DNA from: Bacteroidales bacterium
Lineage (GTDB): Bacteria > Bacteroidota > Bacteroidia > Bacteroidales > DTGW01
Direction: 5' to 3'
NCBI GenBank assembly: GCA_026416115.1
Contig: JAOAFU010000234.1
Location: 3,393-67,392 of the forward strand
DNA: 64,000 nucleotides
Shown: positions 1-9,224 of the stretch, piece after piece
How the letters are laid out: each line of letters starts with the position of its first letter
How positions within the stretch are numbered: position 1 is the stretch's first letter
The notes under the pieces: generated by a model
The model's input: the letters and a program-made list of their open reading frames with translations, nothing else
What the model was told of the DNA's origin: nothing
The model's database searches: none
Position numbers and translations under genes: made by a program

Positions 1-1215
1 GCTAACGATGCACCTGCCTATTACACAAAATCAACCTACTCGTTAGCAAATTATGGCGATGGATGGACATCGGGTATCTCATTCCCATTCTTAGGTTTAA
101 CAGGATATGTTTGGGGAAATACAGCTGGTAATCCCAATCTCAAACCCGAATTCACCCAAAGTTTTGAAACAGGTGTTGATTTTCGATTAATTAATAGCAG
201 AATAGGACTATCAGCTACCTATTTTATTAATAAAAGTACTGATTTGATATTATCAGTACCTGTTGCAGCATCGTCGGGTTATGTTGAAGTTGCCATGAAT
301 GCTGCATCGATGCAAAACAAGGGTATCGAAATAACTGCTGATGTAGACATTATCAAAACCTTGGATTTACGTTGGAATCTTGGCGTAAACTACAGCAAAA
401 TAGATAATGAAGTTCTTTCCTTAGCAGAAGGTGTTAAAAATGTTTTTCTTGGGGGTTTTGAAGGTGCACAGGTACGTGCTGTTAAAGGATACCCATATGG
501 TTCGCTATTTGGGACGATATTTGTTAAAGATGCAAATGGTAATGTGGTGATAGATAGCCGTCCCACAGTCAATGGTCAGCCAAATAAAAATTATGGATAC
601 CCCATGATGTCAGATAAAGAAGAAGCTTTTGGTACAACCTTACCCGATTGGACTGCAGGGATTAATACTACTATATCATATAAAGGTTTCTCCTTATATG
701 CATTGCTTGATATTAGAAAAGGAGGTGTAATGTGGAATGGTACTCGTGGAGCTCTTGTTTCTTTCGGTATGGCAAAAGAAACTGAAGACAGAGGTACTGA
801 AACCATATTTCCCGGCAAACTTGCAAAGCTCGAAAATGGTGATTTTGTATATGATAGTAAAGGAAATATTGTTACAGAGGGAGACAACAATATTAAAGCA
901 GTAAAAGCTGAAAGTTGGTACAATGGTTTGGGTGGAGGTTTTGCCGGACCATCTGAACAATTTACCGAAAAAACAGATTGGGTAAGACTACGTGAAGTAT
1001 CATTATCGTATAACCTTCCTCAAAGCATGTTTAAGAAAGGGTTTGTAAAAGGAATTTCTATTACTGCTTCTGGAAAAAATCTATGGCTTAGCACTCCTTA
1101 TAAAGGAATTGACCCTGAAACAAACCTGATGGGTGCATTCAATGCACAAGGTATTGATTATTTCAATATGCCTAATACTCGGACATACGTGTTTGGGGTT
1201 AAATTTACTTTCTGA
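1..1215 (+). CDS. SusC/RagA-type TonB-dependent outer-membrane receptor, C-terminal part (5' end outside window)
   Basis: Frame 1 is open from base 1 (ANDAPAYYTKSTYSLANYGDGW...), so listed ORF 244..1215 is only the tail. Ends with an aromatic terminal beta-strand (...TRTYVFGVKFTF) typical of TonB-dependent barrels. A SusD-like gene follows 18 nt later. Confidence 0.85.
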   Translation, partial: ANDAPAYYTKSTYSLANYGDGWTSGISFPFLGLTGYVWGNTAGNPNLKPEFTQSFETGVDFRLINSRIGLSATYFINKSTDLILSVPVAASSGYVEVAMNAASMQNKGIEITADVDIIKTLDLRWNLGVNYSKIDNEVLSLAEGVKNVFLGGFEGAQVRAVKGYPYGSLFGTIFVKDANGNVVIDSRPTVNGQPNKNYGYPMMSDKEEAFGTTLPDWTAGINTTISYKGFSLYALLDIRKGGVMWNGTRGALVSFGMAKETEDRGTETIFPGKLAKLENGDFVYDSKGNIVTEGDNNIKAVKAESWYNGLGGGFAGPSEQFTEKTDWVRLREVSLSYNLPQSMFKKGFVKGISITASGKNLWLSTPYKGIDPETNLMGAFNAQGIDYFNMPNTRTYVFGVKFTF

Positions 1216-1233
1216 TTTTTTTTTCTGTCTAAC

Positions 1234-2637
1234 ATGAAAAATATTTTAAATATGAAAAATATAAATGTAAAAGTTTTTCTAGGAGCAATAAGTATTCTAT
1301 TCTTTAGCTCCTGCGAAAAATGGATTGACACGGATTTAAATAATGATCCTAACAATCCAGAAAAAGTAAATTATAATTTAGTTCTACCAACCATTGAGGC
1401 CGGGTTGGCATATCAGTATGGAGGCGATTTGTCGCGTCCAGTTGCAATTTGGATGCAGCAGTTCTCCGGTGTTGGAAATCAACCAATAGCCTTTGACGTA
1501 TATAATTTTACACAAAGCGATGTCAATAACGTATGGGTTTGGGGGATGTATGCCGGTCCTATGATGGATCTCAAGCGAATGATCGTCTCTGCAAAAGCAG
1601 ATGGTTCTCATCATTATTTGGGCGTAGCACAAGTGTTAATGGCATTTTCTGTTGCAACTATGACCGATCTTTTTGGAGATATTCCTTTTTCAGAAGCTTG
1701 GGAAGATGGCAACTTAACACCAAAATATGACACCCAAGAAGCTATATACGATTCGTTATTCAAAATGCTCGATGATGCCATTGTAAACTTAGGACAAGCA
1801 CAAAGTCTGTACTCTCCTTCAAGCGATGACATTATCTATGGTGGCGATCTTGATAAATGGACAAAAGCTGCATATACATTAAAAGCCAGATTAGCACTAC
1901 ATTTAGCAAAAGTTAAATCAGATGCTTATCAAACTGCATTAGATGCAATTGCAAATGGTTTTGCCGATAATTCGGATGATATGTCTGTACCTTTTGGCAC
2001 CAATCAGAACGAATGGAATCCTGCATATCAATACTTTTTAGTTGATCGACCATATGATATAGTTATGGGAGCATTTTTCGTTGAAACGCTTCGTAGCGAT
2101 CCTCGTTTCAATTTATATGTCGATACTGCAGGAGCATGGCAAGATCCATCGTATGGTTATGGAGCTAATCCTGGCCAAGCCGACGGTTTTGCATATCCTG
2201 GTTCAAGCTTTATTTCGCCAAATTCTTCTGTAACTTTCATATCTTACGCCGAAGCAAAATTTGTTGAAGCAGAAGCGGCACTTGCAACCGACAAAGCTCG
2301 AGCAGCTAATGCATACAACGATGCTGTGAGTGCAGCTTTCGCAAAATATGGACTCACTGCTCCAGCAAGCTTAACCTCAGAAACAGCTGGAACCATCTCG
2401 TTGGATAAAATCATTATGCAGAAGTATATTGCATTATTTATGAATCCTGAAACGTTTACAGATTATCGTCGTACAGGATTTCCTCAGCTAACTCCACCAT
2501 CCAATGCCTTAACTTTAGACAAGAAAATGCCACGCAGATGGCCATATCCTACCTCTGAAAGGTTGTATAATACAAAAAATTTCGAACCTTACGAGAATAC
2601 TACAATTTCAACACGAGTTTGGTGGGATAAAGAATAA
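1234..2637 (+). CDS. SusD/RagB-family nutrient-binding outer-membrane lipoprotein
   Basis: 467 aa. Signal peptide with lipobox (...ILFFSSC). Positioned directly after the SusC-like gene. Length and Trp/Tyr-rich helical composition fit SusD-like proteins. Alternative start at 1252. Confidence 0.85.
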   Translation: MKNILNMKNINVKVFLGAISILFFSSCEKWIDTDLNNDPNNPEKVNYNLVLPTIEAGLAYQYGGDLSRPVAIWMQQFSGVGNQPIAFDVYNFTQSDVNNVWVWGMYAGPMMDLKRMIVSAKADGSHHYLGVAQVLMAFSVATMTDLFGDIPFSEAWEDGNLTPKYDTQEAIYDSLFKMLDDAIVNLGQAQSLYSPSSDDIIYGGDLDKWTKAAYTLKARLALHLAKVKSDAYQTALDAIANGFADNSDDMSVPFGTNQNEWNPAYQYFLVDRPYDIVMGAFFVETLRSDPRFNLYVDTAGAWQDPSYGYGANPGQADGFAYPGSSFISPNSSVTFISYAEAKFVEAEAALATDKARAANAYNDAVSAAFAKYGLTAPASLTSETAGTISLDKIIMQKYIALFMNPETFTDYRRTGFPQLTPPSNALTLDKKMPRRWPYPTSERLYNTKNFEPYENTTISTRVWWDKE

Positions 2638-2657
2638 ATGTTTTGCAATATTTTTTG

Positions 2658-2693
2658 GAGGCTGTACTTCGAGTACAGCCTCTTTCTTTTTTT
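2658..2693 (+). terminator. Rho-independent terminator after the SusD-like gene
   Basis: Perfect 11-bp stem GAGGCTGTACT / AGTACAGCCTC (2658-2668 / 2672-2682) with a 3-nt loop, followed by a T-rich run. Confidence 0.8.
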
Positions 2694-2792
2694 CTTATTC
2701 TCTCTTTCCCCAAATTTTTATTACCTTTACCCAATCATATTATTTTAAATATCAATTGTTACAGCAAAATGTTTTTTTAACAAATCTTTACC

Positions 2793-3644
2793 ATGAAAAT
2801 GATTAACGCCTTCGATTCTAATGTTCAGATACCTAAAGACAAAACTTATGAGTTATACCTTGAGGGTAATAGTCAATTTATGCAATTTGCTTTATACGAT
2901 AAAGAGCAGAATCATTTTCTGGGAGTAAAACAATGGATTGCTGAGTTAGGAGAGAAAGTTGAAGACTTATTATCATCGATGCTCGAGGATAATTTATTGA
3001 ATGAAATAAAATTTCAAAATATCATATTTTCCTATTCATCTCATAGGGCAATGCTCGTACCTCAAACCTTGTTTGATGCCGAACACCTTGAAGATTTTCT
3101 AAAGTTTCATCATAAAATTGAAGATAGCGAAAAAATTCTATATCATTATATTCCAAAAGCCGATGCATTCCTAATTTATACTTGTCCTATCAACATAGAA
3201 AATTATCTAAAACCTAAATTCCATAATGTCGAGATTAAACATCATGCTATACCTTTTATATGCATGGCACTTAACAAAAACATCCAAAGCCATTTACCTG
3301 CTGTTCACATATTCCTTGGACATAATTTTTTCGATTTGTTGGTATTAAAACAGGAAAAAATCTTACTTTTTAATTCTTTTTATTATCAAAAACACACCGA
3401 TGTGCTCTATTTCCTTGTTAATGTTTCCAATTTGTTCTCAATTCCTCCCCATAACTCTCAAATGTATGTAAGTGGAAATATTGATCAAAATAGCTATGCT
3501 ACAATTGTTAGTGAGCTTAAAAACATTTTTCCATATATAATCTCTGAAGATACCATATCCGAAAATTTTTCTTATGCTAAGGGTATTTTGGAATTGCCCC
3601 AACATCAGCTTAAAACTCTTATCGCTTTAAAATTATGCGTATAA
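2793..3644 (+). CDS. DUF3822-like protein (conserved Bacteroidota protein of unknown function)
   Basis: 283 aa. Overlaps the rsmD start by 10 nt. The DUF3822-rsmD arrangement is recalled from other Bacteroidota genomes. No catalytic motif recognised. Confidence 0.5.
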   Translation: MKMINAFDSNVQIPKDKTYELYLEGNSQFMQFALYDKEQNHFLGVKQWIAELGEKVEDLLSSMLEDNLLNEIKFQNIIFSYSSHRAMLVPQTLFDAEHLEDFLKFHHKIEDSEKILYHYIPKADAFLIYTCPINIENYLKPKFHNVEIKHHAIPFICMALNKNIQSHLPAVHIFLGHNFFDLLVLKQEKILLFNSFYYQKHTDVLYFLVNVSNLFSIPPHNSQMYVSGNIDQNSYATIVSELKNIFPYIISEDTISENFSYAKGILELPQHQLKTLIALKLCV

Positions 3645-4165
3645 TAGGAGGAAAACACAAGGGAAGATTACTGAAAGGGAAAGTAACAGAAGCTCGTCCT
3701 ACAACCGATTTTGCTAAAGAAAGTCTTTTCAATATACTTAACAATTACTTCCATTTTGAACAAATATCGGTATTAGACCTATTTGCTGGTACAGGTAGTA
3801 TAAGTTTTGAATTTGCGTCGAGGGGTTGTAACAGTATTGACTTAGTTGAATGGAACCATCATAATTATCAATACATTTGTAATAATATTAAAGAGTTGGG
3901 GTTAAGCTTTATTAAGCCATATAAATCCGACGTTTTTAATTATCTACTATTGTGTAAAAAACAGTACGATATCATTTTTGCCGATCCACCCTACGAGTTG
4001 GAAGGTATTTTAAAAATACCTGACTTAATATTCGAAAATAATTTGGTTAAACCCAACGGAATGCTGATAATTGAGCATTCTAAAAACACTGATTTTCAAA
4101 GTCATTCAAATTTCTGGCAGCATAGAAGGTATGGTGCAGTTCATTTTTCATTTTTTTTACCCTAA
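3635..4165 (+). CDS. rsmD: 16S rRNA (guanine966-N2)-methyltransferase RsmD
   Basis: 176 aa. N-terminus MRIIGGKHKGRLL, SAM loop DLFAGTGSISFE and FADPPY motif. Confidence 0.85.
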   Translation: MRIIGGKHKGRLLKGKVTEARPTTDFAKESLFNILNNYFHFEQISVLDLFAGTGSISFEFASRGCNSIDLVEWNHHNYQYICNNIKELGLSFIKPYKSDVFNYLLLCKKQYDIIFADPPYELEGILKIPDLIFENNLVKPNGMLIIEHSKNTDFQSHSNFWQHRRYGAVHFSFFLP

Positions 4166-4170
4166 AAACT

Positions 4171-4200
4171 TTTGCAGAAAAAAAAAATATACTACATTTG
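4171..4200 (+). promoter_or_regulatory. Bacteroidota-type promoter for tRNA-Asp (TTTG ... TAcaTTTG)
   Basis: TTTG at 4171-4174 and TACATTTG at 4193-4200 match the Bacteroides sigma-A consensus (-33 TTTG, -7 TAnnTTTG). The tRNA starts at 4228. Confidence 0.4.
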
Positions 4201-4227
4201 CAGCGCTGAAAATATTACAGCCAACGA

Positions 4228-4301
4228 GGTTCGGTAGTTCAGTTGGTTAGAATACATGCCTGTCACGCATGGGGTCGCGGGTTCGAGTCCCGTCCGAACC
4301 G
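4228..4301 (+). tRNA. tRNA-Asp (anticodon GTC)
   Basis: Cloverleaf read by eye. Acceptor stem GGTTCGG/CCGAACC, D-arm AGTTCAGTTGGTTAGAAT, anticodon loop CTGTCAC, T-arm GGGTTCGAGTCCC, discriminator G. CCA is not encoded. Confidence 0.95.
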
Positions 4302-4336
4302 CAAAAAATTTAAAAACTTTTTTCATCAAAATTTGT

Positions 4337-4344
4337 TATATTTG
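4337..4344 (+). promoter_or_regulatory. -7 box (TATATTTG) of the putative promoter for the leader/pheA operon
   Basis: Exact TAnnTTTG match 16 nt upstream of the leader-peptide ATG. The -33 element is weak. Confidence 0.4.
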
Positions 4345-4359
4345 TAAAAAAGAATTGAG

Positions 4360-4434
4360 ATGCATACTTATTTTAGCAATGGTTATTTTTATTTCTTTTT
4401 TTGGTTTACTTCGGAATTACCGGGGCTAAAATAG
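4360..4434 (+). CDS. Aromatic-rich leader peptide (24 aa) of the aromatic amino-acid operon
   Basis: ATG 4360 to TAG 4432-4434 gives MHTYFSNGYFYFFFWFTSELPGLK. Residues 4-16 contain 6 Phe, 3 Tyr and 1 Trp. Sits between a promoter-like box and a terminator hairpin just upstream of pheA. Too short for the ORF track. Confidence 0.6.
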   Translation: MHTYFSNGYFYFFFWFTSELPGLK

Positions 4435-4465
4435 GTATGATATTACAATATCAAAAAGTCCCGGT
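4419..4465 (+). promoter_or_regulatory. Putative antiterminator pairing of the attenuator
   Basis: ACCGGGGCT (4419-4427, end of leader ORF) can pair with AGTCCCGGT (4457-4465), giving 9 bp including one G:U. This sequesters the 5' arm of the terminator and is mutually exclusive with the terminator helix. Confidence 0.45.
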
Positions 4466-4486
4466 TAAACACCGGGATTTTTTTTT
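4459..4486 (+). terminator. Attenuator terminator immediately upstream of pheA
   Basis: Stem TCCCGGT / ACCGGGA (4459-4465 / 4471-4477), loop TAAAC, followed by nine T (4478-4486). The upstream A-run can extend the stem. It ends 14 nt before the pheA ATG. Confidence 0.7.
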
Positions 4487-4500
4487 AATTTAACGAGAAT

Positions 4501-5358
4501 ATGAGCACAAAAAAAAATGTTAAAAAAATTGCCATCCAAGGAGGCTATGGCGCATTTCACGAAATTGCCGCCAAACATTATTTCGAGAATGAAGAAATAG
4601 AAATTGTAACTGCAAACACTTTTAAAGATCTTTTTAAATCGCTCAGAAACAACCATGCCGATTTAGGTATAATGGCAATTGAAAATTCAATTGCCGGAAG
4701 CATACTCCCCAATTACATGCTTTTGCTCGAATCGAACATGAAAATTATTGGGGAAATTTATTTGCGCATAAAGCAAAACCTTGCCGCATTACCTGGTACA
4801 CGTATTGAAGATATTGAAGAAGTATACTCACAGCCAATCGCCCTGTTACAATGTCAGTTGTTTTTTGATAACTACCCTCATATAAAATTGGTCGATAGTA
4901 TCGACACTGCATTAAGTGCTAAAGAGATTGCTGAAAAAAAGCTAAAAAATAGGGGGGCTATTTGTTCAAAGCTTGCAGCACAAAAGTATGGGCTTGAAAT
5001 TATAGCAGAAGGCATAGAAACAAACAAAACAAATTACACACGCTTTTTAATTTTATCGGACCGGATTGGATATCATAAGATGTCCAAAAATTTGGAAAAA
5101 GCTTCGCTTAGTTTTGCTCTTAAACACGAAACAGGAAGCCTTTCAAAAGTGTTATCCATATTATCGTATTACGGAATCAATTTAACAAAAATCCAATCGA
5201 TGCCCATTCCAGGAAAGGACTGGGAATATCAGTTTTTCGTCGATGTAACCTTCGACGATTATGTAATGTACCGGCAATCGCTCGATGCAATAAGGCCTTT
5301 TACGTCGGGACTTGAGATAATGGGCGAGTATGCCAAAGGAAAAACAGTGATGGAATAA
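4501..5358 (+). CDS. pheA: Prephenate dehydratase (PDT domain plus C-terminal ACT domain)
   Basis: 285 aa. IAIQGGYGAFHE N-terminus, TRF motif region (NYTRFLIL) and a C-terminal ACT-like regulatory domain (GSLSKVLSILSYYGINLTKIQSMP). Confidence 0.9.
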   Translation: MSTKKNVKKIAIQGGYGAFHEIAAKHYFENEEIEIVTANTFKDLFKSLRNNHADLGIMAIENSIAGSILPNYMLLLESNMKIIGEIYLRIKQNLAALPGTRIEDIEEVYSQPIALLQCQLFFDNYPHIKLVDSIDTALSAKEIAEKKLKNRGAICSKLAAQKYGLEIIAEGIETNKTNYTRFLILSDRIGYHKMSKNLEKASLSFALKHETGSLSKVLSILSYYGINLTKIQSMPIPGKDWEYQFFVDVTFDDYVMYRQSLDAIRPFTSGLEIMGEYAKGKTVME

Positions 5359-5371
5359 AGACAAATTAGTC

Positions 5372-6454
5372 ATGGAAACAATGAATTTACAACCTTTTAC
5401 ATTTGAAGGTATTTCGAACGAGCGACCTTTGGTAATAGCAGGTCCTTGTAGTGCAGAGTCGGAAGCTCAAATGGTCCAAACAGCTCAACAACTCGCTGCT
5501 CTAGGAATTAAAATTTTCCGGGCCGGTATATGGAAACCCCGAACTAGGCCAGGTAGTTTTGAAGGATATGGTTCTTTAGCTCTTCCGTGGATGCAAAGTG
5601 TAAAAGAAGCAACTGGTATGTTAACAGCCACGGAGGTAGCAAACGTAAAGCATGTATACGAGGCGCTCAAAGCGGGAATTGATATTCTTTGGATTGGGGC
5701 ACGAACTTCTGCCAATCCATTTGCTGTGCAAGAAATAGCTGATGCATTGCGTGGAGTTGATGTGCCTGTTTTGGTTAAAAACCCTGTTAATCCCGACCTT
5801 GAACTTTGGATTGGAGCTATCGAGCGGCTTTATATGGCAGGGGTTACCCGTCTGGCTGCAGGGCACAGAGGCTTCTCAACTTACGAGAAAATAGCTTACC
5901 GAAACGACCCTAATTGGCAAATCCCTATCGAACTTCGTCGTCGAATTCCCAATATTCCATTGATTGTCGATCCAAGCCATATCTGCGGCAAGCGCGATAC
6001 CCTTTTTGAAATTACACAAAAAGCCATGGACTTGAATTACGATGGTATTATCATCGAGGCCCATATCGATCCCGACCATGCTATGAGCGATGCAAAACAA
6101 CAATTACGACCCGATCAGCTTGGCGAATTACTTAAAAAACTTGTTATCCGTAAAGAATATATCGAGAATGGTTCGTTGGTTACTATCGAAGAACTTCGAT
6201 CGCAGATCGACAAAATCGACGATAAAATTGTCGATCTTCTCGAAAAACGAATGCATATAGCTGAAGAAATTGGTAAGATAAAAAAAGAAAACAACATTGC
6301 TGTTTTGCAAACCAAACGTTGGCATCAAATAATTACCCAGCGCATGAAAGAAGCTCGAGAAAAAGGTCTGAGCGAACATTTTATTGAAAATATTTTCAGA
6401 GCTATTCACGAAGAATCAATTAACCATCAGACCCGAATAATGAACGAAAACTAA
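5372..6454 (+). CDS. Bifunctional 3-deoxy-7-phosphoheptulonate (DAHP) synthase / chorismate mutase type II
   Basis: 360 aa. Type I-beta DAHPS/KdsA-like N-terminal region (RPLVIAGPCSAESE, KPRTRPGSFEG, DPSH). C-terminal ~90 aa AroQ-type chorismate mutase helix bundle (IEELRSQIDKIDDKIVDLLEKRMHIAEEIGKIK). Confidence 0.9.
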   Translation: METMNLQPFTFEGISNERPLVIAGPCSAESEAQMVQTAQQLAALGIKIFRAGIWKPRTRPGSFEGYGSLALPWMQSVKEATGMLTATEVANVKHVYEALKAGIDILWIGARTSANPFAVQEIADALRGVDVPVLVKNPVNPDLELWIGAIERLYMAGVTRLAAGHRGFSTYEKIAYRNDPNWQIPIELRRRIPNIPLIVDPSHICGKRDTLFEITQKAMDLNYDGIIIEAHIDPDHAMSDAKQQLRPDQLGELLKKLVIRKEYIENGSLVTIEELRSQIDKIDDKIVDLLEKRMHIAEEIGKIKKENNIAVLQTKRWHQIITQRMKEAREKGLSEHFIENIFRAIHEESINHQTRIMNEN

Positions 6455-6461
6455 TGCCTTT

Positions 6462-7502
6462 ATGGAAGAAATTACTTTACATACCACCAATAAAACATCT
6501 CGAATTCTTATTGGAGAGAGGCTTGATCATTTAACAAAATACCTTCCCTCAAGTACAAAAATTGTTATTCTATCTGATAGTAATATTATTAAGTTCTATA
6601 AACATAAACTACCAAATTATCCAATAATCGAAATTGGCACAGGCGAAGGTATTAAAAACCTCAACACCATCGACTATATCATGGGGCAACTTATCAAACT
6701 TGAAGCCGATCGTACCTCATTTCTGGTAGGTATTGGAGGTGGAATAGTGTGCGATATTGCCGGTTTTGCTGCCTCAATTTACATGCGTGGTATTCGTTTT
6801 GGTTTTGTGAGCACTACCCTTCTTAGCCAAGTCGATGCAAGTGTTGGTGGTAAAAATGGGGTTAATTACGAGGGTTATAAAAATATGGTGGGCGTATTCA
6901 ACCAGCCCGAATTTGTAATCTGCGATACTTCAATGCTTTCTACCCTACCTCGTGAAGAATATATTGGTGGATATGCCGAAGTTATTAAACATGGCTGTAT
7001 CAGAAGTACTGAATTGTTTGAGTTTCTTGAAAAAAATGTATCAAAAGCATTATCATACGACGAATCGACAATAATCTACTGTGTTGCTCAATCGGTTAAA
7101 ATTAAAGCATCGGTTGTTGAGCATGATGAAAGAGAGAAAGGCGAACGTCGTATTTTAAACTTTGGTCACACCTTTGCCCATGCTATAGAAAAAATTTCTA
7201 CACTGCCCCATGGGCAGGCCGTAGCAATTGGTATGAACTATGCTTCATATATTTCCTACAAATTAGGAATGATAACTAAAAATGACTACCAACGAATTCG
7301 CCAATTGATTATTAACTTTCAATTACCCGTTAATTTTTCGTTCGATACCGAAACGCTTCTCGATGCTATGCGAAAAGATAAAAAGCGAGAAGGTGAAGAT
7401 ATACATCTTATTTTACTCTCATCAATTGGAAATGCAATAGTAAAACCTGTTAGCTATCAACAACTTAAAACATTTATCCATGATTTGCGTGAGCATCAGT
7501 GA
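6462..7502 (+). CDS. aroB: 3-dehydroquinate synthase
   Basis: 346 aa. GGGIVCDIAGFAAS nucleotide loop, DASVGGKNGVN and metal ligands in EVIKHG ... HTFAHAIE. Confidence 0.9.
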   Translation: MEEITLHTTNKTSRILIGERLDHLTKYLPSSTKIVILSDSNIIKFYKHKLPNYPIIEIGTGEGIKNLNTIDYIMGQLIKLEADRTSFLVGIGGGIVCDIAGFAASIYMRGIRFGFVSTTLLSQVDASVGGKNGVNYEGYKNMVGVFNQPEFVICDTSMLSTLPREEYIGGYAEVIKHGCIRSTELFEFLEKNVSKALSYDESTIIYCVAQSVKIKASVVEHDEREKGERRILNFGHTFAHAIEKISTLPHGQAVAIGMNYASYISYKLGMITKNDYQRIRQLIINFQLPVNFSFDTETLLDAMRKDKKREGEDIHLILLSSIGNAIVKPVSYQQLKTFIHDLREHQ

Positions 7503-8121
7503 AAATAATTTTGAAAAATGTCTTGACTTGATAAAAAAGTTTGAGTTATCTGAGATACGCTTAGATTTATGTCAATTCGATAAAACGCAAATTGAGAAGA
7601 TATTTTCATCGGGACAAAAGCTTATAGCTACATGCCGACCCTCTCCCAGCATGAATGAAAATGAAAGACTTGAAATTTTGCTGACAGCAATCCGGTCGGG
7701 TGCAAAATATGTTGATGTTGAAATAGAAACCGATTATAGTTTAAAACAAAAAATAATCTCAGAGGCTATAATGCGAGAATGCGATGTAATTATTTCGTAT
7801 CATAATTTTGACTATACCCCTACCTTGGAACAATTAAAAATTATTGTAAACCAATGCTTTGACATGGGAGCAAATGTAGCAAAAGTTGCGTGTATGGTTC
7901 GAGAACCTTCAGATAATGCTCGATTATTAGCTCTATATCATAATGGAAAAAGAATTGTAGCATTAGGAATGGGAGAATTAGGAAAAATATCGAGGATTGC
8001 TGCCCCCTTTTTAGGTGCAGAATTTACCTTTGCTTCTGCAAATGATGAATTCTCGACTGCACCTGGACAGATAAGCTATCATAAGCTAAACACTATTATT
8101 GAGTTACTCAAAAATTCATAA
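7480..8121 (+). CDS. aroD: Type I 3-dehydroquinate dehydratase
   Basis: 213 aa. EIRLD motif near the N-terminus (SEIRLDL), YVDVE, SYHNF and the Schiff-base Lys region (ANVAKVACM). Overlaps aroB by 23 nt. Confidence 0.85.
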   Translation: MICVSISENNFEKCLDLIKKFELSEIRLDLCQFDKTQIEKIFSSGQKLIATCRPSPSMNENERLEILLTAIRSGAKYVDVEIETDYSLKQKIISEAIMRECDVIISYHNFDYTPTLEQLKIIVNQCFDMGANVAKVACMVREPSDNARLLALYHNGKRIVALGMGELGKISRIAAPFLGAEFTFASANDEFSTAPGQISYHKLNTIIELLKNS

Positions 8122-8123
8122 GC

Positions 8124-9116
8124 ATGAATAGTATAGGCACACTTTTTCGCCTAAGTATATTTGGCGAGTCGCATGGAAAATGTGTAGGAATCGTTGTAGA
8201 TGGTGTACCTGCGGGAATTCCTTTAACTGAATCCGATTTAGAAAAAGACCTATCGCGACGTAAAAGTGGAGCAAAAGGAACTACCCCACGCCAGGAAGCA
8301 GATATTCCCCGAATTATGAGTGGTACTTTTAACGACCATACTACGGGGGCACCCATCATGATACTTTTCGAGAATACTAACACACGCTCGCGCGACTATA
8401 GTTTTTTGCTTGAGACCCCCCGTCCAGGTCATGCCGATTTTGTAGCACACAAAAAATTTGGAGGTTTTGAAGATTATAGGGGAGGTGGACACTTTTCCGG
8501 TCGACTCACGTTGGGAATAGTTGCTGCTGGTGTAATTGCAAAAAAAATGATTCATCCCATCGAAGTAAAATCGTCACTAATAGAGGCTGGCGGTTCAACA
8601 AACATAGACGAAGCCGTTGAGAAAGCTATTGCCGAACAAGACTCTATTGGAGGAATTGTAGAAACTATTGCTACAAATATGCCAGTAGGACTTGGAGAAC
8701 CTTTTTTTGGAAATATTAAGGCTATCATTGCTCACTATATTTTTTCAATCCCTGCAATAAAAGGAATTGAATTTGGATCGGGTTTTGCTGCAGCTCGAAT
8801 GCGAGGATCGGAACATAACGATAAATTTATTGATATAAACGGAAAAACAGCAACCAATTTTGCAGGAGGAATTAATGGTGGAATATCGAACGGAAACGAC
8901 CTGATTTTCCGTGTAGCTGTAAAACCAACTAGTAGCATCCATGCTACTCAACACACCATGAATATGAAAACAGGAACAATGACCGATCTAAACGTAGAAG
9001 GACGACACGATACCTGCATTGCACTTAGAGTACCCGTTGTGGTCGAAGCTGCTACAGCAATAGCCCTAGCGGATCTTATGCTACAGGAACAAAGAGTTAA
9101 ACGTGTTTTTAAGTAA
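8124..9116 (+). CDS. aroC: Chorismate synthase
   Basis: 330 aa. FGESHG signature (SIFGESHGKCVG), RPGHAD, GGGHFSGR. Starts 2 nt after aroD. Confidence 0.9.
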   Translation: MNSIGTLFRLSIFGESHGKCVGIVVDGVPAGIPLTESDLEKDLSRRKSGAKGTTPRQEADIPRIMSGTFNDHTTGAPIMILFENTNTRSRDYSFLLETPRPGHADFVAHKKFGGFEDYRGGGHFSGRLTLGIVAAGVIAKKMIHPIEVKSSLIEAGGSTNIDEAVEKAIAEQDSIGGIVETIATNMPVGLGEPFFGNIKAIIAHYIFSIPAIKGIEFGSGFAAARMRGSEHNDKFIDINGKTATNFAGGINGGISNGNDLIFRVAVKPTSSIHATQHTMNMKTGTMTDLNVEGRHDTCIALRVPVVVEAATAIALADLMLQEQRVKRVFK

Positions 9117-9224
9117 ACTTTTTTACATTTTATTCGTAATTAACCTACAAGCTTGCTATGCATAATTGATTATATTTTCTTAGGCAATTAATAATATCTA
9201 TATCAATTTTTAAGCAAAACGATT

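Noticed and set aside
4228-4301. tRNA-Asp as an integration hotspot for a genomic island
   Set aside because: There is no integrase, no phage or transposon genes, and I noticed no second copy of the tRNA 3' end downstream. The flanking genes are housekeeping.
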